Assembly: GCA_964016885.1 (NCBI GenBank)
Contig: OZ024740.1
Span: 124,806,001 to 124,870,000 of the forward strand
Direction of reading: 5' to 3'
Length of the DNA stretch: 64,000 nucleotides
Origin: Eledone cirrhosa
Taxonomy: Eukaryota
Numbering within the stretch: the stretch's first letter is position 1; each line of letters starts with the position of its first letter. Under the pieces are notes generated by a model that was not told the origin of the DNA, made no database searches, and worked only from the letters and a program-made list of their open reading frames with translations. A program made the position numbers and the translations under genes. Below, in pieces: positions 25,701-38,201 of this stretch.

Positions 25701-28608
25701 CCAGGTCCTAACCAACGCGTCTTATCTAGGTCGACCATACAGATCACAAACTTGTGATCTGAATAGGCGACCGTTTCAAAACGTGGACAGCTTACACTAT
25801 TTCTGTCTATTTTCCTAATGAATATCCTGACTATATACGATCTAGATTACCCTATGCGGTTAGCCCAGGTCCACACTGGCACATTAGGGGAATCTAGTCG
25901 GTACCTGTCAGACAGTTGGAACTGGCTGATTAGGTTCTTGAGGCTTTTGCACCCGCCGCTCCTATCGGATACTCCCACACAGTCCCAGCTCGCGTCTAAG
26001 ATGCCGTTCCAGTCCCCCGCTAACTGTAAAGGGCGAGACGTACCCAGAAAGGCTTCCAGGCGTCTAAAGAAGTCCGGCCGTCCTGCCCCAGTAGGAGCAT
26101 AGACGGCCACCAGTCTAAAGGCACCACCTTCATTATTGTTCACGTCCAGGACCACCAACTTCCCGTCCGGGTCCCGGAAGATCGACCTTACCTCGAGATC
26201 CAGGCTTTCCTAAACAGCACTGCCACTCCGCCTCCCATTCCCGGCCGGCTAACAGATGCAAAGATCTGATAGTCGTCGATAATGGCGGCTAGTGCGCGCG
26301 TGTCGGAAATCCTGGTCTCGCTGACTGCAATTACATCCATTTCTATAGACCTGAGGTCGTTGAGCAGGTGACCCTGCTTCCAGGACGATCCCAGGCCTCG
26401 AACATTTAAACATCCTACTCTTAATACGGCCATGTTGGCAGGTTAAACAGAGAGAGTAGAAGGTTGACTTACCTTCCGGGCTCTTGTGAAGGTCGGGTTG
26501 TTCGCCCTCCATAGTTAGTGGGGTTTCTTTTGGGAACCCCTTTAAAAGTATTGAAGTGGGTTTTACGTTCGGGTTTCCCACGTCCCGAGGAAAGCTGTCT
26601 CGTATTTCTTTGAATATGTCGAGCGACATTCGCACCAGAACCAAATCTTCCGGCACGCGAAATGTACTCGATTTAAAAATGTCCCCCTCTTTTTGTATAT
26701 CTTCACTTCGTGCTACGAGGGCCATCAGTTCCTTGTTGGCCCTCCTGATGAGCACGAAGTTTTGTATGTTTTGTTGGTGTGATTTTATTTGTTTGCGTGG
26801 CTATGGTGGTGATGGTTTTGATGGTGTTGATTCGGTTGTGTGTGTTTGTTGTGAGTGCGGTGTCTGTGGTTTCAGATGTTTGTGTGTATATTTGTTCTTG
26901 TTGTCTGTTTCGGTTGTTTGCGTTTGGGGGATTCTGGTGATGGTGATGGTGGTGTTGATGTTGGTGTTATTGGAGAGATGTTTGCGTGGGTGGTGTCTGC
27001 GTTTTTTATTGTGGGTGCTTTTGTGCTTTGTTGAGTTTTTTTTTCATTTTGTGTTTCCTTTTTTGTATTTTGGGGGATTTTGGATTTCCCTCATTTTCAC
27101 TACTGGTAGACGAGGGGTCTGTGTCTGTAAGTGTGTCTGTATGTATGTTTATGGTTTTATTGGTGTGTGTATTTTTGGGAGGAGGGGGAATTTGACAGCT
27201 TTCCTTGTTTCCCTCCTGGGTGGTCAATGTTGGTGATGGTCTTTCTAATGGTGTTGTTGTTGGTGGTTTTGCCGGTGCTGGTGTTGGTTGTGGTCCTCGC
27301 CCCGGCGTCGACAGCATTGGAGCCTTTCGACCCCTTGCCTTTTTCAGCAGTTGAGGGCAGAAGGCTCGCTAATGGTTTTTTCCCCACAAACAAAACACTG
27401 CGGCCTTTTGCCTTAGGGTCCCATTCTGAAGGCGGATGTAGTCCGGGATTGTCTTCACATTCTCGGGACTGATCTGGAGAAGGATCTCCAGGTCAACCCC
27501 GGCCCAGTCCTCTCTGGCCGTTCTGGTCACTTCTATAGGGACGGTATCCGTCCCCTCCACAATCACACATCCCAGAAGTCACCACATGTCAAGTCCTGGT
27601 GGGATTCTGGGAATGTGGAGACGGGCCGTTCTTTTTCCCATGTGGGAGGGGTACATTATGACCTTGCTGGTGTTGCAAGGAGTCATCGCGTGTTTTTTAG
27701 CGAGGGGTACTGACTTGAACAACACCGAAATGGTGCTGTACTGTCTGCCCCTCTCTATATACTGGGTGTCTTCTCTGATGCCCCTCAGCGCGACTTCGAC
27801 ATCTTCTTGTGGGATTAAAGCTGCTCTTTTGGTTTGTGCTGAGATGCATCTATAATGCACCGTTCTGCGCTCCACTACCTCAATAGCTTCTACCGGGACA
27901 GTTAAGTTGGCCCAGGTTTGCTCTTGCTTGATGAGCTTCCATGCCTGGGCCAACTTTTCATCTTTGTTTGAGAGATCCATGTTGAAGCATGGCCTCTTTT
28001 TTGCTGCTGCCGCAGCGAAAGTGGTCTTGTTTTCGTTGGGGGTGTTGTTGACGTTGTTCTTGTTGGTGTTGTTGTTAGCACTGTCGCTGTTGTCTTTGTT
28101 GCCACCGTTGTTCTCGGTGCAGTTGGTATTGTTGCTGTTGGTGTTGTCGCTATTTGTTTTCATGTTAGTGGTGTTGATATTGTTGTTGTATTTGTTATTT
28201 TTTTTTTGTTATCTTTATTTTCGTTGTCGCTGTTACTGTCATTTTTTTCAAAATTAGAGTTCTTATTGGTATCATTGGTGTCTTTGTTTACCTAGTTTGT
28301 GGTGGTGTTTGTGTTATCAATGTGTGTTCATTTCGCTGTAGCGCTCCTCTCAACTTCTACGTCGTTGTCGCACGACAGCCGAAATATCGCTGGGGGGCGT
28401 GGCTCAGCCATGTTTTTTTTTCTTCGTAAATTTTTTTCTTCGTAAATTTTTTTTCGGCCAAAAGGGCCAAATATTATACTTTCCCCTTCACGGGGCAAAG
28501 TCTAAGGGCTTATATCCCTTACACAACAAGAAATATTTAACAACAAATAATTTTAACAGGAAAATAAAGCGACTTACTGTGAGCGAGTAAAATACGTCCG
28601 CTTAGACC
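22796..28608 (-). mobile_element. Full-length L1/Tx1-clade LINE, family B (~5.8 kb), multiply frameshifted, with an 18 bp TSD
   Basis: ORF1 pieces ~26470-28163 (RPQCFVCGEK.H knuckle). ORF2 runs 26433-23072 (MAVLRVGCLNVRG, VSET, VYAP, GDWN, RT, zf). AATAATAATAACAATAAT occurs at 22772-22789 and 28609-28626. Confidence 0.92.
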
Positions 28609-28635
28609 AATAATAATAACAATAATGAGAATAAT

Positions 28636-29663
28636 TACTTTATTAGCCACACAGGGCTCATATTAACGAAACATTAAAGGTGAAACAGTGTGTTTTTTTG
28701 TGTAAAATAAAATTTAGAACAGAGACTAAGAAAATAAACATTTAAAAACAAACATAACAAATTCCCCAAAGGTGAGGAGCCTCAAAGAGGCACTCATGTA
28801 GAAATCCCACAAAAGCCACAGTCACTCTGTCTGCTAGGGCAAAGTGCCCTCTCCCAGTTTTTCTACTCCAATCCACAGGCGTATGCTCAAGGCAGGCCCA
28901 TTTCCATGGACCATGCTCCCCACTCTCACTCACTTTTCAACAAATTAGTTGGAAGGCAGCACTTCCATTTCTAACCAGATTTTCCTCTTCAAGTGAAACC
29001 TGAAAAAGTTAATCAGGGCTTTGCTGAAGAGGAAAAGGCTTTCTTCAACCCGTTCAAATGCTTCCACCACACAACCTTCTAAAAAAAGACGGCAGCATGA
29101 TCTTCACAACAGACTCAGTTGATAGTCGAATTCGCCCTACATGTGACAGCAGGTGCTCAACAACAACCCATAAGTCAGCAATACTTAGGTTCTCAAGGAA
29201 TGCATGCAGAGTGGTTTCATCGCCCTGTGTGCACCTCAGAAAGACCTTACTGACAGCCCTTCCATGCCTGTAGAGTTTGTCTTGAACTGGCAAAGCTCCG
29301 TGGTATCACTGACAGGCCAGGAATACCTGGACGTTTTCCATGGGCCCTGGACCAAAGGTCCTCTGGGAAAGAGTGCCTAGTTGATTGTCATCAACGGCCA
29401 GAGTGTCCCCAAAGATGTCATCACTCTTACCCTCCACTAACCCTCTATAGAATGCTAAGGTAGAGTTTCCACTGATCTTACTGCCCGATTAGCTGAGGGA
29501 TGTGTGCACTTGAAATCAGTTAAAATTCCAAGCACGCCCTCTTGGTTTTCGCTTGACCCAAGATTGCATCTCTGTTAAGGAGACCAGCTAGGAAAAAAAA
29601 TGACAGGAAAAAGTGACTACACTTGTTCACTATCAAGGACAAGTTGGAGATGTCATAGACTTA
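28636..29663 (-). mobile_element. Decayed Tx1 3' fragment (family C)
   Basis: MPVQDKLYRHG..GDETTLHA. The 3' UTR matches 41530-41793 and ends GCCCTGTGTGGCTAATAAAG-ATT. Confidence 0.85.
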
Positions 29664-29689
29664 GATATGGGGAGATGTCATAGACTTAG

Positions 29690-29830
29690 ATATGGACAGT
29701 GGAAGAGCTAAACAGTTTAGACTAAAATACAAGGAAAGATATTAACTAGATATGGTGTATTTCACCCAGAGGAGGAAGAAGAGGACTGATGGAGAGTGAA
29801 GACAGCATTAGAATATAACAAATCCCACTG
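29690..29830 (+). mobile_element. Small decayed R4/Dong-like fragment
   Basis: Across frameshifts it translates as WTVEELNSLD.K.RKILTRYGVFHP..RRGL, resembling the post-RT region of Dong elements. Confidence 0.4.
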
Positions 29831-29864
29831 AACCACAGTTGTTGGAAGTAAGAAGGTCAGGGCT

Positions 29865-30970
29865 GCAAACTTCTTCCATCCCGTTCTTACCCTAGTTATT
29901 GTACTTTCTGAACACCCACCTCCGCTGCTAATTCGGTCACCTAGGTAGCAGAAGCTGTCTACTGTTTCTACCAGAGATTGGTGGTACTTGTTTCCTGTCG
30001 CTGTCTGCTGCTTGCTGTCCCAGCACAGCTGCTGCATGTGAAGCCTACATTCTTAATTAAGCTTCCTGAGATCCCGCTACATCTCTTGTTTACCCATTGT
30101 TTGCATTTGGGGCAGAGAATGGAGTTCCTACCTACGCCTTTCCTACATACTGAGCAAGGTCATTTCCCTGAGGGGATCTGGGTTCTGTTTTCTCGTCTAC
30201 TTATAAGGACCTTAGTCTTTGTCATGTTGACTTTGAGACCCTTCCTTTGTAGTCCCTGCTTCCAGGTTTGGAATTTATTCTCTAGTTCTACCATAGATTC
30301 AGCTACAAGTGCGAGGTCATCAGCATACAGGAGTTCCCATGGGCATCCGGTTTTAAACACCTCCGTTATTGCCTTCAGGACTATGATGAACAGGAGGGGG
30401 CCAAGAACAGAGCCCTGGTGAACCCCAACCTGTACGCTAAATTCCTCGCTATACTCATTGCTAATCCTAACTTTGCTGACTGCTCCCCTATACATGGCTT
30501 GTACTGCTTTCACAAGCCATTCATCTACTCCTAATTTTCTAAGAGCCCACCAGATTACAGCACGTGGAACTCTGTCAAAGGCTTTCTCAAGGTCGACAAA
30601 TGCCAGGTAGAGTGGCTTACTTTTAGCTAGGTACTTTTCCTGTAACTGCCTGACAAGGAAGAGGGCATCAGTGGTGCCTCTTCCTGGTACATACCCAAAT
30701 TGCATCTCGTCTAGTTTCACCCGGTCCCTAATCAACTGTGCTATAACTCTTTCTGTTACTTTCATGACCTGGTCCATCAGCTTTATACCTCTATAGTTTC
30801 CTCTATCTAGTGCATCACCTTTACCTTTGTAGCAGTTGACAATGATGCTACTGCACCAATCTTTTGGTATGACACCTTCTAGTATTACCTGGTTAATAAT
30901 ACGTGTGGTTATAGTGTGACCTACAGACCCAGATGCCTTCAGCATCTCGGCAGCTATACCCGATGGGCCG
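29865..30970 (-). mobile_element. Internal fragment of an RTE-clade LINE (RT)
   Basis: ORF 30160-31023 is homologous to 4290-5417 and has LLYADDL. Confidence 0.9.
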
Positions 30971-31442
30971 TTAGTTTTTTGTGCCATTGTTTTTAGTAGC
31001 TTTTCTACCCTGCCCAGTGGCATACCTATTACTGACTAAATAACCATATGGCTTTTCCACTGCTACATCTAACTTTAGAATTTTGCTTCAAAATATCTCG
31101 TCCAACCCATGCTAGCAAGGAGAAAAAGACAGTAAAGTGTACATATATTTGATAACAAAATTGTAATGTAATTTAGTTATAATTTTAACTGTTGTCATAC
31201 TCTATGCAGCTCCTACTACTTACATTTGATATTTTTATGATATATTTCCATTTCCGTAATATTAAGTATTAGTTACACAGACTTGTGTTATATACATATT
31301 TTTTCCGTTTTTCTTAGGTATATTTATATTTATTTATTTACTTCAGTTTTGTTGTTTTCTCTTTTATTCATTTTTTGTTCATTTCCAGAACATATTATTA
31401 CACTGCTGTCCAATATTGTAGCAGCATCAATCATTTCTTCTG

Positions 31443-31501
31443 ATATATATATATAAATATATATAATTTAATACAATAACAGAGAAAGCTTTAAGCTAGT
31501 G

Positions 31502-31598
<97 letters not shown>

Positions 31599-31638
31599 TA
31601 TATAGAGAGAGAGAGAAGGAGATAGATATATGTATATG

Positions 31639-31674
<36 letters not shown>

Positions 31675-31912
31675 TATATATATGTATGTGAGTATATATG
31701 TATATATATATATATATGTGTGTGTATATATATATATATTCATAAGTATGTATGTAAGTATCTTCCTATAATCGTAATCGTGTGTATGTGTAATTGACAC
31801 AGGACTATTTTTAATAGTTTACTGTCAAACTAGAAGTCTAGTATTTAATTGAAGACTTCTAACTGTAAAGAAAATCGGTCTCAATTATGCTATATAGACT
31901 TATATGTACATA

Positions 31913-32010
<98 letters not shown>

Positions 32011-32215
32011 ATTAGACACCACACACATTCATACATCCATACATATATACGTACATGCATACATACATGCATACATATTATTTATATAAACTGAGGCAAA
32101 AAATTATCTGAAGCATAAATATATCAATATATATAAATCAATATCAATATCAATATATATATATACAAATATGTGTGTGTGTGCATGCGCATGTGCATGT
32201 GTATGTATATATATA
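31443..32215. repeat. Compound (TA)n/(GA)n/(TATG)n/(CA)n microsatellite region
   Basis: Direct inspection. Confidence 0.9.
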
Positions 32216-32589
32216 TCACCAAGACACGTTATGTTTCTGTAAATTGTCCAACTTGGTAAAAAGTACAGCCACAAAATTTATTTGTCAGAATTGAAAGAAG
32301 GTCAACTTCCAGTTTAACGTCATGTGGTTCTCAGTGAAACTTGACATGAATTAAGTTCTTTCAAAGATCACCACAGTTTTACACTGCAAAATACATCAAC
32401 AAACACAACCACAGCTGTATTTAGAGCTACCAATACATCATTTTGTTTCCATAAAACTTTAGTGTAAGGCTCTATGACAATGCAAGATAAACTAATGTCC
32501 CGAGGTTTCTATTATGCAAAAACTCTATTGCAAAAAAAGTTTGAAGCATAAATATATCAAAATATATGTGTGTTTGTATGTATAAATAT

Positions 32590-34260
32590 TTATCATCATT
32601 CTTTTTTACATCCATTTCTATATTCTTTCATGAGTCGCATGCATTTTTTCAGCACACCTTCCTTCCAATCTTATAGTTCAGTATTTTAAAACCTGCTGTT
32701 TCTACATCTACCCATGTTCTACTCAACCTTCCTTTACTCAACGTTCCGTCCATTGAGAACTTGTGGCATTTCATCATACATTTCATCCATACCAACAGTC
32801 TCCCTTGCATATTACATTTAATTCCTCTTATACATAATTTCTCTCAGTTAATCCATGCTTTGCCATTCATCATTTTATCATCACACATCCATCAAAACGT
32901 ACTCACTTCACTTCTCACCAACATTTGCATCTCTGAATTTACTGTTCATGTTTCACTTCTTTGCAACATCATACTTTGTCTGCAGGTATCATACAATTAG
33001 TCAATCATTCATAATGAAAAACAATTTACTGTCAACAAGGGTAGTAGCTTCCTGAACATTTTCCATCCTCTTCCTAATCTAGCTACTATGATTTTAGAGC
33101 CATCTCATCCACTGCTACGTAGATCATGTAATTAGAAGAAGATACCAGCAACAGCTATGGATACGTCATGTGATTGGAAAAAAGGTTTGTTTCACTGGGG
33201 ATTTTACTAATAACTACCCCTATGCATTTGCCACATACACAATCTATCTAGAATCCCACTATACCTTTGTATTCAGGTTTTACATTGAGTACATTGTATT
33301 GAGTTCCTATCTACTTCTTTTTTACATGCTGAGCATAGCTATTTTCCTGACAGAACCAGAATCCTCTCATCTTTCTTACTTGCTCCAAATTTGATCTTTG
33401 ATACATTTACTCTAAGTCTTTTTGTTTCTAAATTCTGTTTCCACGGCAAGGATTTCTTCTCAAGCTCTTCTATAGATTCAGATATAAGAATAAGTTCATC
33501 TGCATACTGACGTTTACATGGACAGCTAGTCTTAACCTCTTCTTATCGTGTCTGGATGACTATAAAAAAACAGAACTGGGCCATGGTGAACACATACTTG
33601 CACACCAAATTCTTCACTAATTTTATTACCTACTCTCAATTTCCTGACATGATATCTATATATAACTTTCAGTGCTCTTAATGACTACCAGATACGTTTT
33701 TCTCCAGATCAACAAAAGCTAGGTATACCAGCTTACATTTAGCTATAAATTTCTCTTGTACTGTGACTATGAACAGAATATTTGTGGTGCTCCTTAATGG
33801 TACGAAACAAAACTATATATCATCTAATTAGTTGAACAAAATTCTTTCTGTCACTTTCATAACATGATGCATCCAATTATGCTTCTGTAGTTCATACTAG
33901 AGTATCAACTTCTCCCTTGTAACAATTAATGACTAATATAGTATGATGGTCAATGGGTATGATGCCAACAGAACTTACCTGATTGACTATGCAGCTGTCC
34001 CCTTATTCTTCAGACAAGTTTAGCATCTCAGTAACTATCACTGGTGGTCCAACAGCTTTACAATTTGTCATCTCCCTGATTGATTCTTGACTCTGTAACT
34101 GTTAACTTTGATAGCTAGTCTGTCTGTACAGTCTAAATGTTAGATTCTTTAACTGCTATGTGAACCTGTTAACTAGCTTCTCCTTTAGCTATTTGATACT
34201 TTTCTTTGCTGCCCTACTCCATTCACCATGTTTCCATTTTTTTCCACATCTGGCATTTTA
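32590..34260 (-). mobile_element. Old, heavily decayed RTE-clade LINE
   Basis: Residual similarity to 3800-5500: AGCTTTTGTTGATCTGGAGAAA (AFVDLEK), TATGCAGATGAACTT (YADEL), GWKMFRKLLPL, and a CAT-type tail near 32590. Confidence 0.65.
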
Positions 34261-34371
34261 CAGAATGGACGGGTTCTTTTGATAAACATATTTATTTCTA
34301 TATATATATGTATCTCAAACTATTTTTTCCTTTAATTTGTCTACATAATATATAGCTGTAAATATTATTTT

Positions 34372-34957
34372 GGGAGAGGGGTGTTCCGAGGCAATAGTAT
34401 CTAGAATAAGGACGGGTTGGAAGAAGTTTAGGGAGCTGCTTCCTCTATTGACAGAGAAAGGTTTCTCCCTGCATACGAAAGGCCGGTGATATGATGCATG
34501 TGTGAGATGCGCAATACTGCATGGTAGTGAGATATGAGCAGCAACTGCAGAGGACATGTGACGGCTGGTGAGAAATGAAGCAAGCATGCTGTTGGATGTG
34601 CAATGTCAATGTGTGTGAACGACCAAGCATAGATGAGTTGAGAGTGAAACTGTGTATAAGAGTGATAAGTTGTGGTGTGTGGGAGAGAAGACTGCGATGG
34701 TATAGACATTTAATGCACATGGAGGATGACTGCTGGGTAAAGAAGTGCCAAGAAATCCCAGTAGAAGGAAGACGCAGCAGAGGAAGACCACGAAAAACAT
34801 GGGCGGAGGTGGTGAGAGTAGACATCAGATCGCTGAAGCTCACAGAGGAGATGACGAAGGACCGTGACAAGTGGAGAGATGCTGTGCTGAATAGGACCCA
34901 TGCCACCCTTGCAAACAGGGAAAAGCGGATGTAAAATGATGATGATGATGATGATGA
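34372..34957 (+). mobile_element. RTE-clade LINE 3' fragment with a (GAT)n tail
   Basis: GCSEAIVSRIRTGWKKFRELLPL, RRLRWY, GRPRKTW; tail GGATGTAAAAT(GAT)n. Confidence 0.88.
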
Positions 34958-37037
34958 GCACTCTTTTAGAATTTTACATTGAAATGCATCTTAATGTATT
35001 TCCAAAGATGATATATTGATAACTCTGAATAAGGCTGTGACAGTGTTCATGATGTAGTTTATAGTGCAATATTCTGGTTAAATATGCAGAACACAGTTTA
35101 TATGAGTGGATTTAAGTAAAATCTGATGTAGGTATGCAACATGATTTTAATTAGAAACCTTACTTTGAAAATATGAAGTCAGAACACATGTTCTACTATT
35201 AAATCTGTACACACAAAAAAGAAAAAACATATAAAGCAAACTCTGACATTGTTTTTGACAACCATAAACAATACGTCTTATAGCGTAGCTGTTTGATAAA
35301 CATTTTGCAATATACACCATATTTGAATAATAAGGTATGTGTTGACATCAGGAATGGCATCTGTTTCCAGAAAGCCAGACACAAAAGTCTCCCAAAGGCT
35401 TATCAACAACAGGAGAAGATTGATGCAAATAAAATTCGTCAACCTATTTAAATTTTAATTTAATTTTGTTCCAAAGTTGTTATTGGCGATGAAATACAAC
35501 AGTTGTTTTCTCTTCATGATTCAACAGTGTTGTTCTTGTATTTTGTTTGCTTTTGAAGAAAGCTTTTAAGAGCATTGTGTGAATATATAATGAAAGTGAT
35601 AATATATGTATATAAAAAAGCTTGATTGCGTAAATGAGAGTAACAAAACTCAGTACTTGTTAGAATGATGCATAATTTATTATATCCATAAAGCTATACC
35701 AGTAACTCAAATGCCAGCAGTGTCATGCCAAAGAGTACTTTTGTAACTAGTATTATAGCTACAGGGTTATAATAACACACAGACAGACATAGAGGAGAAT
35801 ATAAGCTTGGCTAGACTGGGGAACATGCATGAATTGGTGGATGGATGGATGGATTCAAACAAAGTTACATGTACATGGACAGCATATATATGATTTCACA
35901 TATAACCATAGATGTGAGACACTTACACGCATGTGAGATTTATGTAGAAATAAAACAATAGCTTGATAAATATACAAATAGATAGTCTGATAACTAGATA
36001 AATCAATAGTCTGATTGACAGATAAACAGACATACAAATTTATATTAAGAACATAAATAATAAAAACAATTTAAAGAAAAATAAAGGGACTACGTATATA
36101 TATATATATTGGACCAATTATCTGCCTAAAGAAATATGATCATGATTGGTAAATATTTAACCAAAGAATAGTTGTATTTAATTTCAGATTTTAAGAAAAC
36201 AAACATTAAATTATCAGAAAGAACCAGAAATAAGAGGCAGAAAAACAAATGATAATAGTAATATTGATGATGATCATGATAATAATAATTATTATTAAAT
36301 TTATAAAAGGATTGCTTTGTTTATTTTTTATTTTCCTTTCTTTGCTTACCATTAACAAATATTGAGTACTTGCGTATTGAAAGGTTAACAGAAAAAGAAA
36401 ACCAAATCAATACGAGAAAATAAGTAAAAAATATATAAAGAAACAATATAACCTGGTAATTAACTAAACATAATTATTTTCCCACTTACACTTTTTATGT
36501 AAGAATATAATAATTGAATTATGTGTGTGCATGTGGGGATATGTGTACATGGAATTGTGTGTGTGGTTATGAGTCTTAATATCTATGTGTATATGAATAT
36601 TTTATATATGTATATAACTACAACAGTATGGGTTTGTATGTGCATAAGTATATATACACATGTGTGTAACTACTTAGCATATATTTGTATATGTGTTTGT
36701 ATGTGCATAGATGCCTATGCACATGTGTATTATAGTGTCTATTTCAAACACAAAAGTCGGGTGCAATGGCAGACCAAAAATGGTAACATGATAAAAGTTT
36801 GAAGTTTTTATTAATTTTACCAATACACTCAAAATTATTTAATTACAAATGCACATACACACACACTCTACCAAAACACACCCATTGTACCTTCTATTAA
36901 CTAAAATGGGTGCACTCTGAACAAGTAGTTGCAGTTGCATTACTGCAATTTGGTAGATTCTTTGAGTGAGGTAGACGTTGGCCAGGGACCGTTGAGATAA
37001 TATCAACGATTTTCGTTATAATTATGTATATATATAT

Positions 37038-37609
37038 ATATTGTTATACTTGGGGAGGATCATATTTGTGTAATATTGCCAGAATTAATAACAGAACACA
37101 CTCACTGTTTGGTTGGTTTTCGCTTTTCGCTTCTGTGTCTTTTATATCGGTTAATTTAATTCATTCGGTCCTCAATGTTGCCATTGACTGACCAACGGTC
37201 AAAAATACAGATACAATATAGACACAAACACATATATATAGTCTGTTAAAGTTCTTTCGTTGCACATCTGTTTCGTTGCACATATTGTTTCCTCCCGTTG
37301 CATTGTATGTCTACGCCATCTTTCAGATGACGTAGACATACAATGCAACGGGAAGAAACAATAGCACCACTGACGAAGTTGCAGATGTGCAACGAAAGAA
37401 CTTTGATAGACTATATATATGTGTTTGTGTCTATATTGTATCTGTATTTTTTGACCGTTGGTCAGGCAACATTGAGGACTGAATAAATTAAATTAACCGA
37501 TATAAAAGACACAGAAGCGAAAATCGAAAACCAACCAAGCAGTGAGTGCGTTCTGTTATTAATTCTGGCAATATTACACAAATATGACCCTCCCCAAGTA
37601 TAACAATAT
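37038..37609. repeat. ~570 bp near-perfect palindrome (~280 bp arms, 5 nt loop) between (TA)n tracts; probable inverted Penelope pLTR
   Basis: The left arm TTGTTATACTTGGGGAGG... is the reverse complement of ...CCTCCCCAAGTATAACAA. The centre is CATC-TTTCA-GATG at ~37321-37325. Confidence 0.92.
37365..37409 (+). ncRNA. Minimal hammerhead ribozyme motif of Penelope type
   Basis: CA-CTGACGA-A-GTTGCA-GATG-TGCAAC-GAAA-G-AA-C-TT-TG. Stem II is a perfect 6 bp; stems I and III are weak. Confidence 0.65.
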
Positions 37610-37647
37610 TTGTTTCGACACACGATTTCATATCAAAAACCTCGCAA

Positions 37648-37691
<44 letters not shown>

Positions 37692-37695
<4 letters not shown>

Positions 37696-37945
37696 ATGGT
37701 ACGTCCAAAGACACTCTATAAAGAACCGTAGACTAATGAACACAACAACGCTCGGCAATAAAATCTGGCAGCTTAAAGATACAAACCAGGAATATGGGAT
37801 TAGCTGATCAAAGGCCTACGAGAATGGAATGTTCCAGTGCAGACTTTGCAATATGGAGTTGCTCCATATTTTAAAATATGACAAAATGCTGCTTAACAAC
37901 AAAATAGAACGGTCAATTTTCTGTAGGCATAAAGAGGCTACTAAT
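37692..37945 (+). mobile_element. Penelope-like element fragment (C-terminal part of the GIY-YIG endonuclease)
   Basis: RWYVQRHSIKNRRLMNTTTLGNKIWQLKD..KAYENG..CRLCNME..LLNNKIE..CRH aligns with 57350-57610. Confidence 0.75.
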
Positions 37946-38020
37946 TCGCTAATTTCAAACCAACTTGATTTGACCCAACAATTCCATAATTCAAACTGTT
38001 CCACCTGAGTCTATTATAAT

Positions 38021-38201
38021 TGTTTCTACTTTAGGCACAAGGCCAGCAATCACCAGTTCATTACTGGTACTTTATTTTATCGACCCCGTAAGGATGAAAG
38101 GCAAAGTCAACCTCGGCGGGATTTGAACTCAGATCGTAAAGGGACGTAACTATGCTGGAAAGCATGGCGTCCGACCCTCCACCGATACTGCCAATCCACG
38201 G
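38021..38201 (-). mobile_element. tRNA-derived SINE (ATT-tailed family) with a 17 bp TSD
   Basis: Box A and box B present; TSD CCTGAGTCTATTATAAT at 38004-38020 and 38202-38218. An extra tail piece lies at 38225-38277 (+). Confidence 0.9.

Noticed and set aside
31468-32094. YI/TH-rich ORFs (also 5726-5956, 55580-56057, 61615-61914)
   Set aside because: Dinucleotide microsatellite artefacts.
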